This document shows positions 26,115-41,344 of a stretch of 64,000 bases of DNA, one piece after another. Every line of letters begins with the position of its first letter. Positions within the stretch are counted from its first letter, which is position 1. Position numbers and translations under genes: made by a program. The notes beneath the pieces were generated by a model. It was not told the DNA's origin and searched no databases. It saw nothing but the letters and a program-made list of their open reading frames with translations. The stretch is taken from assembly GCF_009914755.1 (NCBI RefSeq), contig NC_060935.1; one strand, written 5' to 3'. Origin of the DNA: the human T2T-CHM13v2.0 reference genome, Homo sapiens.

Positions 26115-26511
26115 AAGCTGTGATTGCAGGCTGGGTCCTCACCGTCTGCTCGCCAGTCTTCTCCTTTGAGGACTCAGAAGCCAAGGGTTGCGGGAGGCAC
26201 CACCCATCCAGCAAGTCAGGCAAGGAGAGGAGGTGTTGGAAGAGGTCCGCATCCGTTTTCTGACTTCAGGTCTTGGAATCTATGTAGTCAGTTCTATTGC
26301 TGGACTCATCCAAAGGAAAAAGCCTGTTTGGAGTTGACCTGACATGGAAATGCAAAAGGAGGCCTCAGGGGTTCCAGCTCACCCTTGACTCCAAACTGAG
26401 GTGTGTGAGGCAGGGAGTGGGGAGAGGGAGAAAGAGATAGAGTGGTGAAGGGTGTTCCGCTGCTACCCTGCCCACTGTCATTTGGGCTGCAGAGGAACCT
26501 CGTTCTTCTCC

Positions 26512-26551
26512 CCTTTTCTTCCTCTCTCCTTTTCTTTCTTTTCTTTTCTTT

Positions 26552-26602
<51 letters not shown>

Positions 26603-26677
26603 CTTTCTTTCTTTCCTTTCTTTCTTTCTTTCTTCCTTCCTTTCTTTTTCTTTCTTTCTCTTTCTTTTCTTTCTTCT
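26512..26677. repeat. Complex (CTTT)n / polypyrimidine tract
   Basis: ~165 bp of C/T only on the plus strand, with a pure CTTT core. Confidence 0.97.
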
Positions 26678-28300
26678 GCAGCAATTAGTTACCAACTGTC
26701 CTCAGTTTGCCAGATTCTGTGTCAGATTCAGAAGTCACACACAGAAAGAAAACCAGGCCCCTGATCCCGCACCCTGGCAATCCAGAGAGGGGACCCCCAG
26801 GGAAATAACTGAGGCTTAAACAGGTGCTGTGAAGCACAAAAAAGCGAGACTTTACAGGAACCGGGCATTGAAGGAGCAACACCAGTTCCCAAGGGGAGAA
26901 GGTGGCACAACACTCCAGGGAGAGGGAAGAGCAGGGGCAGAGGACTGACTCTGCAGAGCAGGGAGTCGGCCCTGCATGGCTGGAATCCAGCCTCTCTGGG
27001 CCACAAGGATTAACTTCATCTCAGCATTTCCTCCAATGACACACACAATTATAGAAAGTGAGGGCTGGAAAGGACCTTAACATTCATCCAATTCCGCCTC
27101 ACCTCAGAAGGGAGAACTGAGTCCCAGAGAGATGGAGTGTCCTTGCAAATCCCACAGAGTCCAGCACTGAACCGTCCCCCTCTCCAGAGGCACAAAACAG
27201 CACCTCTCTCAAATGCAGCCATCTCTGGAGGCACGGGAGCAGAGGAAGCTGTGGGCTCCCCACCTCACCCCACCATGACTCTTCCCAGCTCCTGCCCCTG
27301 GATCTTGCTGATCTGGACTGGCCTCCATTTGCCTGCAGGCTCTATAGGGAGATATTACACCAATAGGAGTCCTAGAATGTTGCCATAATTGCCTTTAAGG
27401 GATCAGCCATTACAGATATGGTTGACATCCCAGTGTTTCCCTTGTATACCCTTGGACCATTCTTTCCTAGGTTTAATCCACATAAGGAGATATTTGGTAC
27501 CTCCCAACTCAGCACCTCTACATAGGTTCAGGGATGGGTCAGACTAGCCAGAGCACCTGGATTGGTGTCCCGCCTTGGTCACCTACCTGTTGTGTGGGCT
27601 TGCCTAAATTGCTTGATCTCGCGAAGTCTCAGTTTCTCCATTTTTAAGTGGGGACTAAAAATAACGATCTCTGAGCTTTACTGAGAAAAATAGATGAGGA
27701 CATGTTAGACAATGGTAATATGGGCCATCTCTGGCTGCTCTGGGGTGGGGAGGGGAGCCCTGTTCATCAGGAGGCAGAAGCAGGAAGAAGATGAGCTCCA
27801 TAAGGTGCACCCACCCAAGGACACTGTAGCTCTGCGCTGCCTTTTTTACCCCAATCTTACATGGCTGAGTGGATTTCATGCTGGCTGTGAGTGAGACGGA
27901 TGGATCTTTTAGTTTTCAATTAGCAAACGCCTCACTCTTTAAACAAGCGGCACAGCAAACAGATGCACTGTGTGATTGATGACAGGGAACATCTGCGGCC
28001 AAGCAGCGGCTGCACCAGAGGCTCCCAGCTTCCTGGGCTAGCAGGGCCCTCTGGAGGTCGTTTGGTGCCTCCCCCTGCCTCTAGGCAGGAGTGTGCCCAG
28101 TCCAAGTGGGCGGGGTGGGGGCAGGGTGTCCCTTTGCCTTATAGCTTTCCTGAAAAAGGATCTACAACAGCCTCTTTGAATTCTTTACCTCCTTGGAGTC
28201 AGGAAGTTCCACCTGATGTACCTCCTAAATCTTTCATTTATTTCTACCCTTTTCATTGTTGAAAGTTGTAAGGAAATAAGTAGTAGTGGGTATTAGGGGT

Positions 28301-28985
<685 letters not shown>

Positions 28986-30209
28986 GGGCTAGGAAATGAG
29001 TTAGGGACAGATGGGGGTTTTGTTGGCCCATTGTAAGAGAAACAAAGGAGAAAGCCAACAGAGAATAAGGGAGAGCTAGAACTTCCTCCCGAGCTCCAAG
29101 AACTGCTCGCTGCAGCTTAGAAAGAGGGGAGACCCTTGCTGATCTCCTTCAAACTCTGATGTACCCCCAGAGAGAACAGACTGTCACAGTCCCCTTCTAA
29201 AAATCATCTCACAGAAAACAAGGGAAATGCTCTCATCTGAAAGGTGGGGAAGGCAGAGCGGGGTCATGTCAGTAGCAACACTGGAGTCACACAGAAGTTT
29301 GTTCCCATCTAAACTCCACAACCTTGGGAAATTCTGAATGGCTCCGGGGCTCAGTTTTCTGGATTGTGAAATGGGGATGGAGAGCCACATTGCAGTGCTA
29401 TCATGAAGAATAAGTGGGAACGACAGCCCACACATATTGATATTCCATGGGTCTTCCCCCCTTACAGAAAACTTCAACTGGAGAAGTGACGCAGGAAATA
29501 TAGACATCTTCTATATGGTGTTACAGTTCTCCATTTCTTAACCCACTTTGTAGATAAAAACTGAGCCCCCATTTCCAAGCTCTTGGAATTTCTCTTTTCT
29601 CATCCTCTTCTTTTGTCTTAGTTCTTGTGCCATTTGCAAATGACTTGGGGAGCAGTAGAACATCAATCTATCTGGGTCAAAGGAAGTATGGGGCAAAAAA
29701 AAATCATCTCTTTTGTACTTTATTACATCCCTCAAATGCAGAAAACCTTAGAGAGGTGTGGAATTCTTGGATATTGTTGTTATTGAGGGATCTACAGCCC
29801 CATGTAGGATAATCTAGGGAAGGGACTGAAGGTAGTCGAGATGGTAGACCCCAGAGAAGGGTGGGCAAGGGGAGAATCTTCTGAGAAGGACAGAAGTTCA
29901 GGGCACTGTCCAACCAAGGCAGGAGAGCAGAGAGTTACCTGAGGGTTTTGACATCTGCGTGTGTAATCACCCTTAGAAAATGATTTCCTCACTGGTAGAC
30001 TCTAATGGGCCTTTCCACCTGGGTGTGAAATGGACATTTGTTCTTTGCTGCCTCCTATTTTGAAAGAGTAAAGAGAATACAGGGATGACTCACTTTAAGA
30101 AATTCTGTTACACAGTTCTTCAGAGTTACAGAACAGATAACTCAGAGTGCAATTATTCATATTAGAAATTTAATTGCTTGATGGGAAGAGGTCATAAAAA
30201 TATACACCT

Positions 30210-31065
<856 letters not shown>

Positions 31066-31649
31066 TCTTGTGTTTCAGTGGTTACTGCAGTTGCCAATCT
31101 ATGTGAAAACAAAGTAAAACATCTCGTAAACTACCAAGTAAATAGGTGGGAAAGTGATCAAAGTTAGAAAACAATCTACATATAACTTCTGAAGTTGTAT
31201 TTAGGTAAGTACAATCTACTGCCTTGAAGTTCTTCAGTCCTTTCCATAGATGACAAAGCACTTTCTCATCTGTGATCTTATTTACCTTCCAATAGTCTTG
31301 TGATGGCAAGAATGTTGTTAATTTGGGGAGAGCACTTGGAAGATTATGAGGATGAGAGCAGGCAATGAAACTAGGATGTTAGATTTCAGAAAGTCTGCAA
31401 ATGCAAGGACCATTCAACCATTCAGTTTCTGAATGGAGCTGTGCAGTTCAAAGAAAGCTCTCAATGGAGAAGAAAAACTCAGTCTCGGCTCCTTCTTTAT
31501 TGAGGGTGAGTGAATAAGGAGCAAAGGCATTTTTAGTCTATAACCAGCAGCACTTGGGGTTCTTCTGCTCACACCTGACCCTCTGGCTGTGTTTCTCATC
31601 TCTGAGGACCACACCATCCAACTGTTCATACCCCCTCTTCCTCCAACAC

Positions 31650-32130
31650 AATCAGGGTAGCAGTTGGGAACACGAATGTGAGAAACAAACAATTCTGACA
31701 GTTTAAGCAGAAAAGGAATTCATGGAAAATATTGTAGTAGCTCACAGAATCATAGAGATTAGAGAACCAGACTTGTAAAACAGGCAGGGAGAATAAAGCT
31801 AGCTACTGTTAGGCTTTCAACCAAAATCAAGCTGGAGCAGCAGTCCAGTGAGAACTTAGCTATCATAGCTAAATACAGGGCACCAGATGGCATCTCCACC
31901 TTGGCTGGTACCAGACACTGGCAACCCTCTGGCACCCTGTTATGCTGTTCCTGGAAAACTGAAAGTTGTGGCTACTGGTACTACCTCTAGGATTGATTCT
32001 CCAGAGTCCTTGCTTCTCTGAGTCACTAGCTCCTCAGTCAAAATCTGAGGCAGCTGCCACTCATTGGTTGAGCAGGGCTATGAGCTGCACCTTTCAGTGG
32101 GGTGAGGGCTCTGCCTGCCACCAAGACCCA
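31650..32130 (-). mobile_element. Ancient MaLR-type LTR remnant (MLT1-like)
   Basis: TTTAAGCAGAAAAGGAATT...GTAGCTCACAGAATCA...CATTGGTTGAGC motifs. Highly diverged. Confidence 0.5.
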
Positions 32131-35100
32131 CACAGGGATTCTACAGTATAGGAAGAGGACAGAGGTGGTGCAGCGAAACAACAAATCACCATATCCCGGA
32201 TCCAAAGGAAAAAATAAAGCCGAGCTCTGCTTATTCTACTTTCTGAATGCTACACAGATCCACCCACTCACTCCACCCCCACTGCCACCACTCCAGTCCA
32301 GCCATCATCTTGTCCCATGCAGATGATTATGAAGCCTTCTGCTGCTGTCCTTACTCCAGCCCATGTTCCACACTGCAAAACAATGCTGCCTCTTAAACAT
32401 AAATCTGATGATGTCATCCTACTTACTCCCCTTCAAAGCCTTTCCTGTTGCCTTTGAGATAAATTCTAATCATGCTAACACCACATCCATCCTTGCCTCT
32501 TTCCAGCCTCATTGCTGGTACTTGCCCCTCCCAGTGAGTGAATCAATAAATGAATCAATGAGGTTTGGAAAGGGTGGCAGAGATGACCTACTCCAGAGTT
32601 TCCCATATGTCAATCTTTGGATTGGATTTAATAGAAATCCCTGGGAAACTAAAAGAAAAATATAGATATGGGGGCCCAATGCCAGAACCGTTACATTATA
32701 ATTTAAGGGGTCGGGGTTAGCCTTCTGTATTTCTAAAAAGCCAACCAGTGATACTGAACACCAAGCAGCAGGGGAAGCACTGAAATAATCCCTACCCCTC
32801 ATTTCGCATATGTGGGAGTTGAAGCCCAGAGAGGTTAAATACTCAATGCACATGAATCGAGTTTGGTGTTGTAATGAAGCAAAACTTTGAGCAAAGTTAA
32901 TCTGACACATTTAGTGCTATACATAATCATTATTGTGCTACATGGTAATTAGGCATAAATAGTGGGTAAGCTATTCAGAGGGAGGACTATTATTACAGTT
33001 ATAGAAACCAAGTATTTGTGGGGGTCATACCAGGGGGGAAGGAAAGGAGCCATTGAGAAAGGTTGGGGTGTTGCTCTGAGACCCCATAGAGCCCTCCAGG
33101 TCTGTCACCTGCACCTGGTCAGAGCTGATGACGGGTGGGTCTGCCCACAAAGCTGGAGAGTCAGGTGGGAGCTGGGTTGCTAGGAGATGGTTCAAGGCAA
33201 GCTCTCAGTCAAGATGGGGGAAAGACAAGACAGCCCCTTTGTCCAGCCCCTTCATCCAGTGAGGGAGGGACTGGGATGTGTGGGAAATCCTGTGAGGATG
33301 GAAGAAAAATCATTGCAGACCTTGAGTCCTTCTCCTGCAGGAAAAAAGTGAGGGATGAAATTTAAAGGAACCCCTTTCTCTGCCTTCTTCGAGCAGAAGC
33401 ATCTTCCTCACACTTTGGGATCACCTGTTGTCTCCTGGGTACTTGTTCCAGGTCCACCTCCAGACACATACTACCATTGTCTGAAATGCCTGAGAGCCCT
33501 CTTCCCTGCATCCATACATCCATTTCCTGCTGGTTTTTCAAGGCCCAACTCACATAGTTGAGTTCCATGAGGCCTTTCCTCATTTCCCGCACCCCAGTAT
33601 TAATAAAGAGCTGTACCTCTTTGTGACATTGATTACACTGTCATTTGTGTTCCTGTCTTGCTTCTCAACTAAAGTGTGAAATCCTACAGCTCACCTGTGT
33701 CCCTCCATGCCCCCAGCACAGAACCTGACACAGGGCAGACTCGCAACAAGTGTCTGTTAAAAGAAACCTCCCCAATTACTTAGTCCCAATTAATAATTTG
33801 GCTCAGTGAGCAAATGTAAGGGTGGAAATTTAAGGGTGATTTTTCTGTTACACATACCTGAGTGTGAGCTGGTTAACAGAGATTGCTTTCCAGGCACTGG
33901 GGGTGTGAAAGTTTTGATGGAGGGAGGGATGGGGAGAAGACATCCTTTTGCTCAGCATCTGGATAGATGGGGGCTGTACAGGTGGGCCTGACTGCAGGGG
34001 TTTTTGAAAGTAGATAGATGATGCCAGATATCTTGTGGATATAAGAAAGAAGAAAAGGAGAGAGGAGGTGGGAGGTGGCAGAAGAATGGCAGAAGATGGA
34101 GAGAGGGAAGAGACCAAAGCCTTAACTGGCCGTCTTTGTACTTCAACATGCTTGTGCTTTGGGCACCGCCCCTTCTCATTTTCAGAGATAGGTTAGAAAG
34201 GGGCCAGCCCACTGGTCACCCCAGCCCTGTCTGCACTCCTGGTCTGTTTGGATTAGAGAGAAGGGGCCCAGAAGTCCCAGAGCAGAAATTTCTTTGTCCA
34301 TGTTCCCAGCCTTCCCTCAGAGCCAGGGACTGACTCTTCCATTTGATTCACCTTCCCTCAGATCTACTTGTAAAAGTTTTTGTGGTAATTATATGTGATC
34401 CTGTCTATGGGAACACCTTGAGAAAGATTGCCTGGGCCCTAGGAAGTACTCTGTAATTGGGGTTTGCTATTTTTAGTGATGTGCCTGACCTCTCAGGCAG
34501 GCGAGTTAGTAGGAGCTGTGAGGTAAGCCCATCTGCTTCCATGAGTATGCCCTTCGCCCTTGTGACTGTCACAGAGTGCATGTGAAGCTCTCCACCTAGG
34601 GAGACGGCATCCCTCCTCACCCTTCCCCACACTTCCCAGCTCCCAGCAGTATCCAGCAAACCTTCCCAGAGGGGCCGTCTGATCTCTGCCACTCAGGTTG
34701 GAAAACTGAGAAGCACCTGGATTTCCCTGAGCCCTTCAGATAATCCTATAATCACCTATAGGCAATTTCATTTGCTTATGTCATGACAGTCTTAAGTATA
34801 GTTTAGGGCAAATTGGTGCTCAGCCAGACAGGTGGGGAAAGCCACCCTGCCTCAGGGACATCAGCAGTAATACATTCCCACCATGCCAGCCGAGGAGGGC
34901 GGGGGATTTCTGAGCATGGCTGCTCCCTGTTGGGCTCTGCAGGGGCAGCTCCAGCTTTCATTCCTGCCTAGCTCAGGCCTCATCCTCTCCCACTTGGACT
35001 ATTTAATTACCTCCTCACTGCTCTCTCTGTCTCTAGACTTACCCATTGATCCAGCTTGGGCCTAGCCTCCAGAGGGCCATCCACATACAGACATGATCAC

Positions 35101-35797
35101 ATTGGACGTCTCTTAAAACCCTTCAAGGCTTGCCCATTGGCCACACAGTGAAGTGTGCGCCTCTGTCTGCTCCCAGCCTGCCATGGCCTGCCTTCTCCAC
35201 CCACATCTCCAGTCGCATCTCTCACGATGTTTTACCTCCCACTTCACAGCAATGCCTGACCTTACCATGGGCACTTGCATTCATGTTTTCTTCTACCATT
35301 CCCTCTGGCTGGGATGTTATTCCCTCCTTACTTAGCCTGACTCTCACTTAACTTTCTGGAGGGGCCCAGGCCTCCTTCTCCCCAGAAAGTCTCAGATGGG
35401 GCCCCCAGAGCCCTTGGGCACACTATCTAATCACACTTCACATTATATTGAAATTACTGGAAAATACTTTGTTATCCATCTTTAGTTTCTCAGTGCCTTA
35501 CATGGTGCTAGAAGCAGAGAAGATCACTTAATAAATGTTGAGCTGCTGTTGTACATCAACAGCAACCAAGCTGAGAATCAAATCAAGAACTCAATCCCTT
35601 TCACAATAGCTGCAAAATAAATAAATAAATAAATACAATACTTAGGAATATACCTAACCAAGGACATGAAAGACTTCTACAAGGAAAACATGGCTACAAA
35701 ACACAGCTGAAAGAAATCATAGACAACACAAACAAATGGAAATACATCCCGTGCTCACGGATTTGTAGAATCAATATTGTGAAAATGATCATACCGT

Positions 35798-36132
<335 letters not shown>

Positions 36133-37324
36133 TCAATGCAATTCCCATCAAAATACCACCATCATTTTTCACAGAATTAGAAAAAAATTCTAAAATTCAT
36201 ATGGGACCAAAAAATAGCCCGCATAGCCAAAGCAAGACTAAGCAAAAACAGAAACAAAAACAAAACAAATCTGGAGGAATCACATTACCTGACTTCACAC
36301 TATACTACTAGGCCATAGTCACCAAAACAGCATGGTACTGATATAAAAATAGGCACATAGACCAATGGAACAGAAGAGAGAATCCAGAAATAAAGCCAAA
36401 TATTTACAGCCAACTGATCTTTGACAAAGCAAACAAAAACATAAAGTGGGAAAGGACACTCTATACAACAAATGGTGCTGGGATAATTGGCAAGCCACAT
36501 ACAGAAGAATGAAACTAGATCCTCATCTCTCACCTTATGCAAAAATCAGCTCAAGATGGATTAAAGACTTAAATCTAAGGCCTGAAACCATAAAGATGCT
36601 AGAAGATAACGTTGGAAAAACCTTTCTAGACATTGGCTTAGGCAAAGAGTTCATGACCAAGAACCTAGAAGCAAATGCAACAAAAACAAAGATAAATAGA
36701 TGGGACTTAATTCAACTAAAATCTTCTGCACAACAAAAGAAATCAGCAGCAGAGTTAACAGAAAATGCACATAGTAGGAGAAAATCTTCACAATCTGTAC
36801 ATCTGACAAAGAACTAATATCCAGAATCTATAAAGAACTCAAACAAACAAACTAGCAAGAAAAAAAAAAATCCCATCAAAAAGTGGGCCAAGGACATGAA
36901 TAGACAATTCTCAAATGAAGATATACAAATGACCAACACGCATATGGAAAAATGCTCAACATCACTAATGATCAAAATCATTAATGCAAAATGATGCAAA
37001 TCAAAACCACAATGTGATACCACCACACTCCTGCAAGAATGGCCATAATCAAAAAATCAAAAAATAACAGATGTTGGCATGGATGTGGTGAAAAGGAAAC
37101 ACTTTTACACTGTTGGTGGGAATGTAAACTAGTACAACCACTATGGAAAATCCAGAGTGGAGATTCCTTAAAGAAAATCCCACTACTAGGAATCTACCCA
37201 GATGACAAGAAGGCATTATACAAAAAGGATACTTGCACATGCATGTTTATAGCAGCACAATTTGCAATTGTAAAAATATGGAACCAACCCAAATGCTCAT
37301 CTATCAATGACTGGATGAAGCAAA

Positions 37325-37449
37325 TATTATATATATATATTATATATATATATATATTATATATATATATTATATATATATATTATATATATATAATATA
37401 TATATGATGTGTATATATAATATATATATACATAATATATATATATATA
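37325..37449. repeat. (TA)n-rich tract inside the L1PB
   Basis: Degenerate TA repeat of ~125 bp. Confidence 0.95.
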
Positions 37450-38558
37450 CACTCATGATGGAATACTACTCAGCCATGAAAAGAAACAAAATAATGGCAT
37501 TCGCAGCAACCTGGATGGAATTGGACACTATTATTCTAAGCGAAGTAACTCAGAAATGGAAAACCAAACATCACATGTTCTCATTCATATATGGGAGCTA
37601 AGCTATGAGGACTCAAAGGTGTAAGAATTGTACATTGGACTTAGGGGACTTGGGGGAGGTATACGTTAAGCATTTCTTAAAGGGGGTAACATGGGATAAA
37701 AGACTACACATTGTGTACAGTGTACACTGTTTGAGTGATGGGCACACCAAAATTTCAGAAATCACCACTAAAGAACTTATTCATGTAACCAAACACCACC
37801 TATTCCCAAAAAACCTACTGAAATTAAAAAAAAAAAGAAAAGAATAAATGTTGAGCTAAATCTATCTGCTGAGGACTCTGAATCCTCCCTGAGAGACCTC
37901 ATGGCTGTGCCCAACTAACCAGGTGGATGACCTCTGTCCCTCCAAGTTGGACCTTCTTGTTCCCATGATGGCACCACTGACCTGTTACCTGTTGCCCAGG
38001 CTTCCACACATCAACTTCTGCCTTCCAGGCTGTCTCGCCTTCCATGCCTTACACCTTCCATCCCCTGGGGTATGCACCCTCAACATCGTGTGACCCATAC
38101 TGCTGGCTGCCTTCTCTCCCTGGCTGTCTGCCAGCCATAGAGTATAGATTTGCAAAACTCAAACCAGGAAATGTAGGTACCAGCTGAACAGTGCTCAAAT
38201 TCTAAATTCAAGACCACTGCCAGGGAGGAAAGCCCTGTGCTGGACATCTCAGTTTTGTCCTTCCAGGTCTCCTTTCTGCCCTTCACCCTGCTCACACTCT
38301 GGGAGCTGACCCATGTAGACTGAATCAAGGCCCCCTCACACTCTGCCTTCCTGAGCATTGGGTTGGAATATGGGAAGGAAATCAGAGGGAGAGAGAACGA
38401 GGTCAGGATCAGTCTCTAGATCACTCCGGGGGCATGGGGGAGCCTGCAACTCTAGGCCACAGGTCACAGCTTCTGTACGCCTCTCGCTCTCACTCTCCTT
38501 CTTCCTCCCTCCTGGTAACTGCTCCTTTCTTGGCCCCTTCAGGTCCTTCAAGTTGTAA

Positions 38559-38844
<286 letters not shown>

Positions 38845-41039
38845 GTGGTCTTTTTTTTTTTTTTCCCTCTAAACTCTTCTCAATTGATCCTATGATTTGC
38901 ATATGCCTTGCATATGATTTTCGTATGTCTTGCATATGATTTTCATGTGTCCTGCTAGGACTCTGACTGGTAGAGCGCCAAATAAAAAATCCAGCTATTA
39001 GGGTAGAGGCTGCTGAGAGTAAGGTGAGGTAAATGAACCCAGTCATCATTATGGATGAAGATCAAGACCCTACAGAAGTTGGGATGCTCTCAAAAGGAGC
39101 ATGCAGAGAACTGCTCAGTTCCCAGGCCTTGCCCTATGAGAGCTTCCAATGTGGACGGAGATAGGACACAGACCTGCTGCACAGTTGCACAGTCCCCTGC
39201 TGCCTCCAATAAGAAACTTCTTCTCTCATCGTTGACAGCCCAGAGCAGACAATCCATGAGGTGGTCTGACTGAAAAGTTCTTTCTCAATGGAGACAATTA
39301 TGATTAGCTGGACCATTTAGATTTTATCTGTTAGAAATGTAAACTATGAGATTCTTTAAAGAGAATTATTCGGTTGGCATTGGGAGCAGAAACTGATGCA
39401 GAGAGAGGTCAAAAGAAGGCAAGAACCATGAGCAATCATGAGTAAGTGATGTTTATGAGTAAACCAAAATTATAAATAAGCCAAAGATATGAGTAGGGTG
39501 AGGGCATTGGTCCATATCCTGTAAAGTAGATAACACAAAGAAGCAGACATGTAGAGCAGAAAACACTTCTGTGAAGATGAAAATTGATCCTAATCCCTAG
39601 AGTGACTGGAACTTTGCCCAGTCTTCCAGTTCTGGTCTCCAAAAAATCCACCAGGATATTAGTTTCTTTTCTTCTTGCAAGGCCTGATTACTAAACTCTC
39701 CCTGGCACTCTTGACATCTGGCCATGTGGTTGAGGTTTCTAATTACCTTATTTCCATGTTCTTCCTTTCAATACTTCTTCCCTTACTCCAAGCACACACA
39801 CACATACACACTTACTGAAGATGATCAAGAAAGCCTCTAGTCCTTTGCATCAGAAAGGCCTAACACCACCCTAAACTGAAACCCAGTTCTGAACAGTGGT
39901 TTCCTTCCTTCTCCTTAAGACTCAGATCCACCCCTTTTGCCCAGATCTGGTGCTCTGAGCTGAGTTTCCTGACTTGCTCACATTACCCACTAAGAGCTCT
40001 TTCTAGATCTCTCTCACCTCCATCAACTCAAAGTCAAGACCCGGAAGGGCTACATGAGATGGCAGGACACTGGAACTCAAGAGGGACATGCAGTGCTCTA
40101 CTTTACCTGGCAGAAGGAGACTTAAATCAAAGGTAGCAAAAGACATGGAAGTCTACTGACAACTGCTTTCCTGAATACCTCCTCTTCACTCTGCTTGTCC
40201 TCTCTTTGGCTTCTCCAGCTCCATGGCTCTTCTCATTGCCCCCAAGGTGGTCAGTGCCCTCAGGACTTGGCATAGGCCACTCTGAACCTTCCCACCTTCC
40301 TTCTTTGGTATAGAGAGTTTCCCTTTTCCTCTTAAATCAATAAAGAAGTTAGTATTTTGAAACTTTAGAAAACTAAAGGAAAACCAAACACAGCCTAAAT
40401 GGAAAATAGTGAAAAGGCCAAGCAAGACACATTCTGTTTGTCTAGCACACATTCTTTATCCCAGGGTTCCTGAAGCCTCAGCTCAGGCCACCTTGCCTGG
40501 CTCACATTGGCTGGTATAGATTTGGATTTGTATCCAGGTGGGGCCCAGCCCAAGGATTCTTGGTTTTTGCTGGAAATGGCTTCTTTGCCCCTCTCTTCCA
40601 TGGGCCTCCCTCCACACCCAGCTGGACTGTTCTCCAGCACATCAGTCACTCTAGCTACTCTCAGTCCTCACCCCTGGACACTCCACCTCTCCATGTATTC
40701 CCTGGGATCTAGGCTACTGTGTCACAGCCTTTCCCCACCAGGGAGGTTTCTAAGACTGAGAAACCCATCCTTGGCCCTGACATAAGCCTGAACATACTGA
40801 CTGCCATTGTAAAAGAAGGAAGCCAGCCCTTCCCAACGACTTACTCTCCTGCAGGCTCTGTGGTTCGCACATCAGCAGATATTACTCCATTGAATCCTCA
40901 CAACAATACTTCAGATTTCACAGATGGTGCGATAAGCTCTGGGAACTGCTGGAAGAGGAAGAACCAGGATCTAGGGCTGGTTCCTGCAAACTCTGAGCCC
41001 GATGCTTTGCCACTCATGTTTTTACAGAGCATCTAAGTT

Positions 41040-41236
41040 AGGAATGGCAAAGTGGTTTCATCTGACATGTCAGTTCTGATTGACTTAGTGGCTGCCTGCA
41101 ATGCTGTGGTGAGAAGGAGTATGAGGCCACATCTGTGCTCAGTGGGAGAGATCATGATAAACTAGAAATGTCTAGCAGGGGTAATAGCTGGAGGGACTGA
41201 CAGGCTGTATATGTGCCATATACTTGCCACTGTTGG
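41040..41236. mobile_element. hAT-Charlie MITE (MER102-like)
   Basis: GGAATGGCAAA..GGTTTCATCT...GTGGCTGCCTG...GAGAAGGA..TGAGGCC...TGTGCCATATACTTGCCA, with imperfect terminal inverted ends TGGCAA / TTGCCA. Confidence 0.6.
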
Positions 41237-41344
41237 GCCAAGCCATTTTTGTGGCAGCCACATGGCTTTAGAGGCAGGCACCATTGTCCCCCAAACCTCT
41301 TTGCTTTCTATCAATCTCCCACCACATGGAGGAGCATACCTTGG

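Larger units (their letters stand above)
24840..26190. promoter_or_regulatory. DRD2: CpG island spanning the DRD2 promoter, exon 1 and start of intron 1
   Basis: Abrupt rise in GC content and CpG density compared with the CpG-depleted flanks. Confidence 0.95.

Noticed and set aside
25320-26223. Long ORFs (260 aa and 295 aa on minus, 135 aa on plus) over the CpG island
   Set aside because: Pro/Arg/Ala/Gly-rich open frames are expected in very GC-rich DNA because stop codons are scarce. They start upstream of the TSS, run through the splice donor and resemble no protein family I know.
26306-26819. Lys/Glu/Arg-rich and Phe/Leu/Ser-rich ORFs
   Set aside because: Translations of the (CTTT)n tract.
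31878-31894. CTCF-like motif GCACCAGATGGCA
   Set aside because: Mismatch at a conserved core C and located in an old LTR remnant; not supportable without ChIP data.
33606-33619. GAGCTGTACCTC shared with the promoter (~25984)
   Set aside because: A 12-bp match is expected by chance in 64 kb.
36446-37601. ORFs with reverse-transcriptase-protein C-terminal similarity
   Set aside because: Broken L1 ORF2 pieces of a 5'-truncated, Alu-interrupted L1PB; not a host gene.
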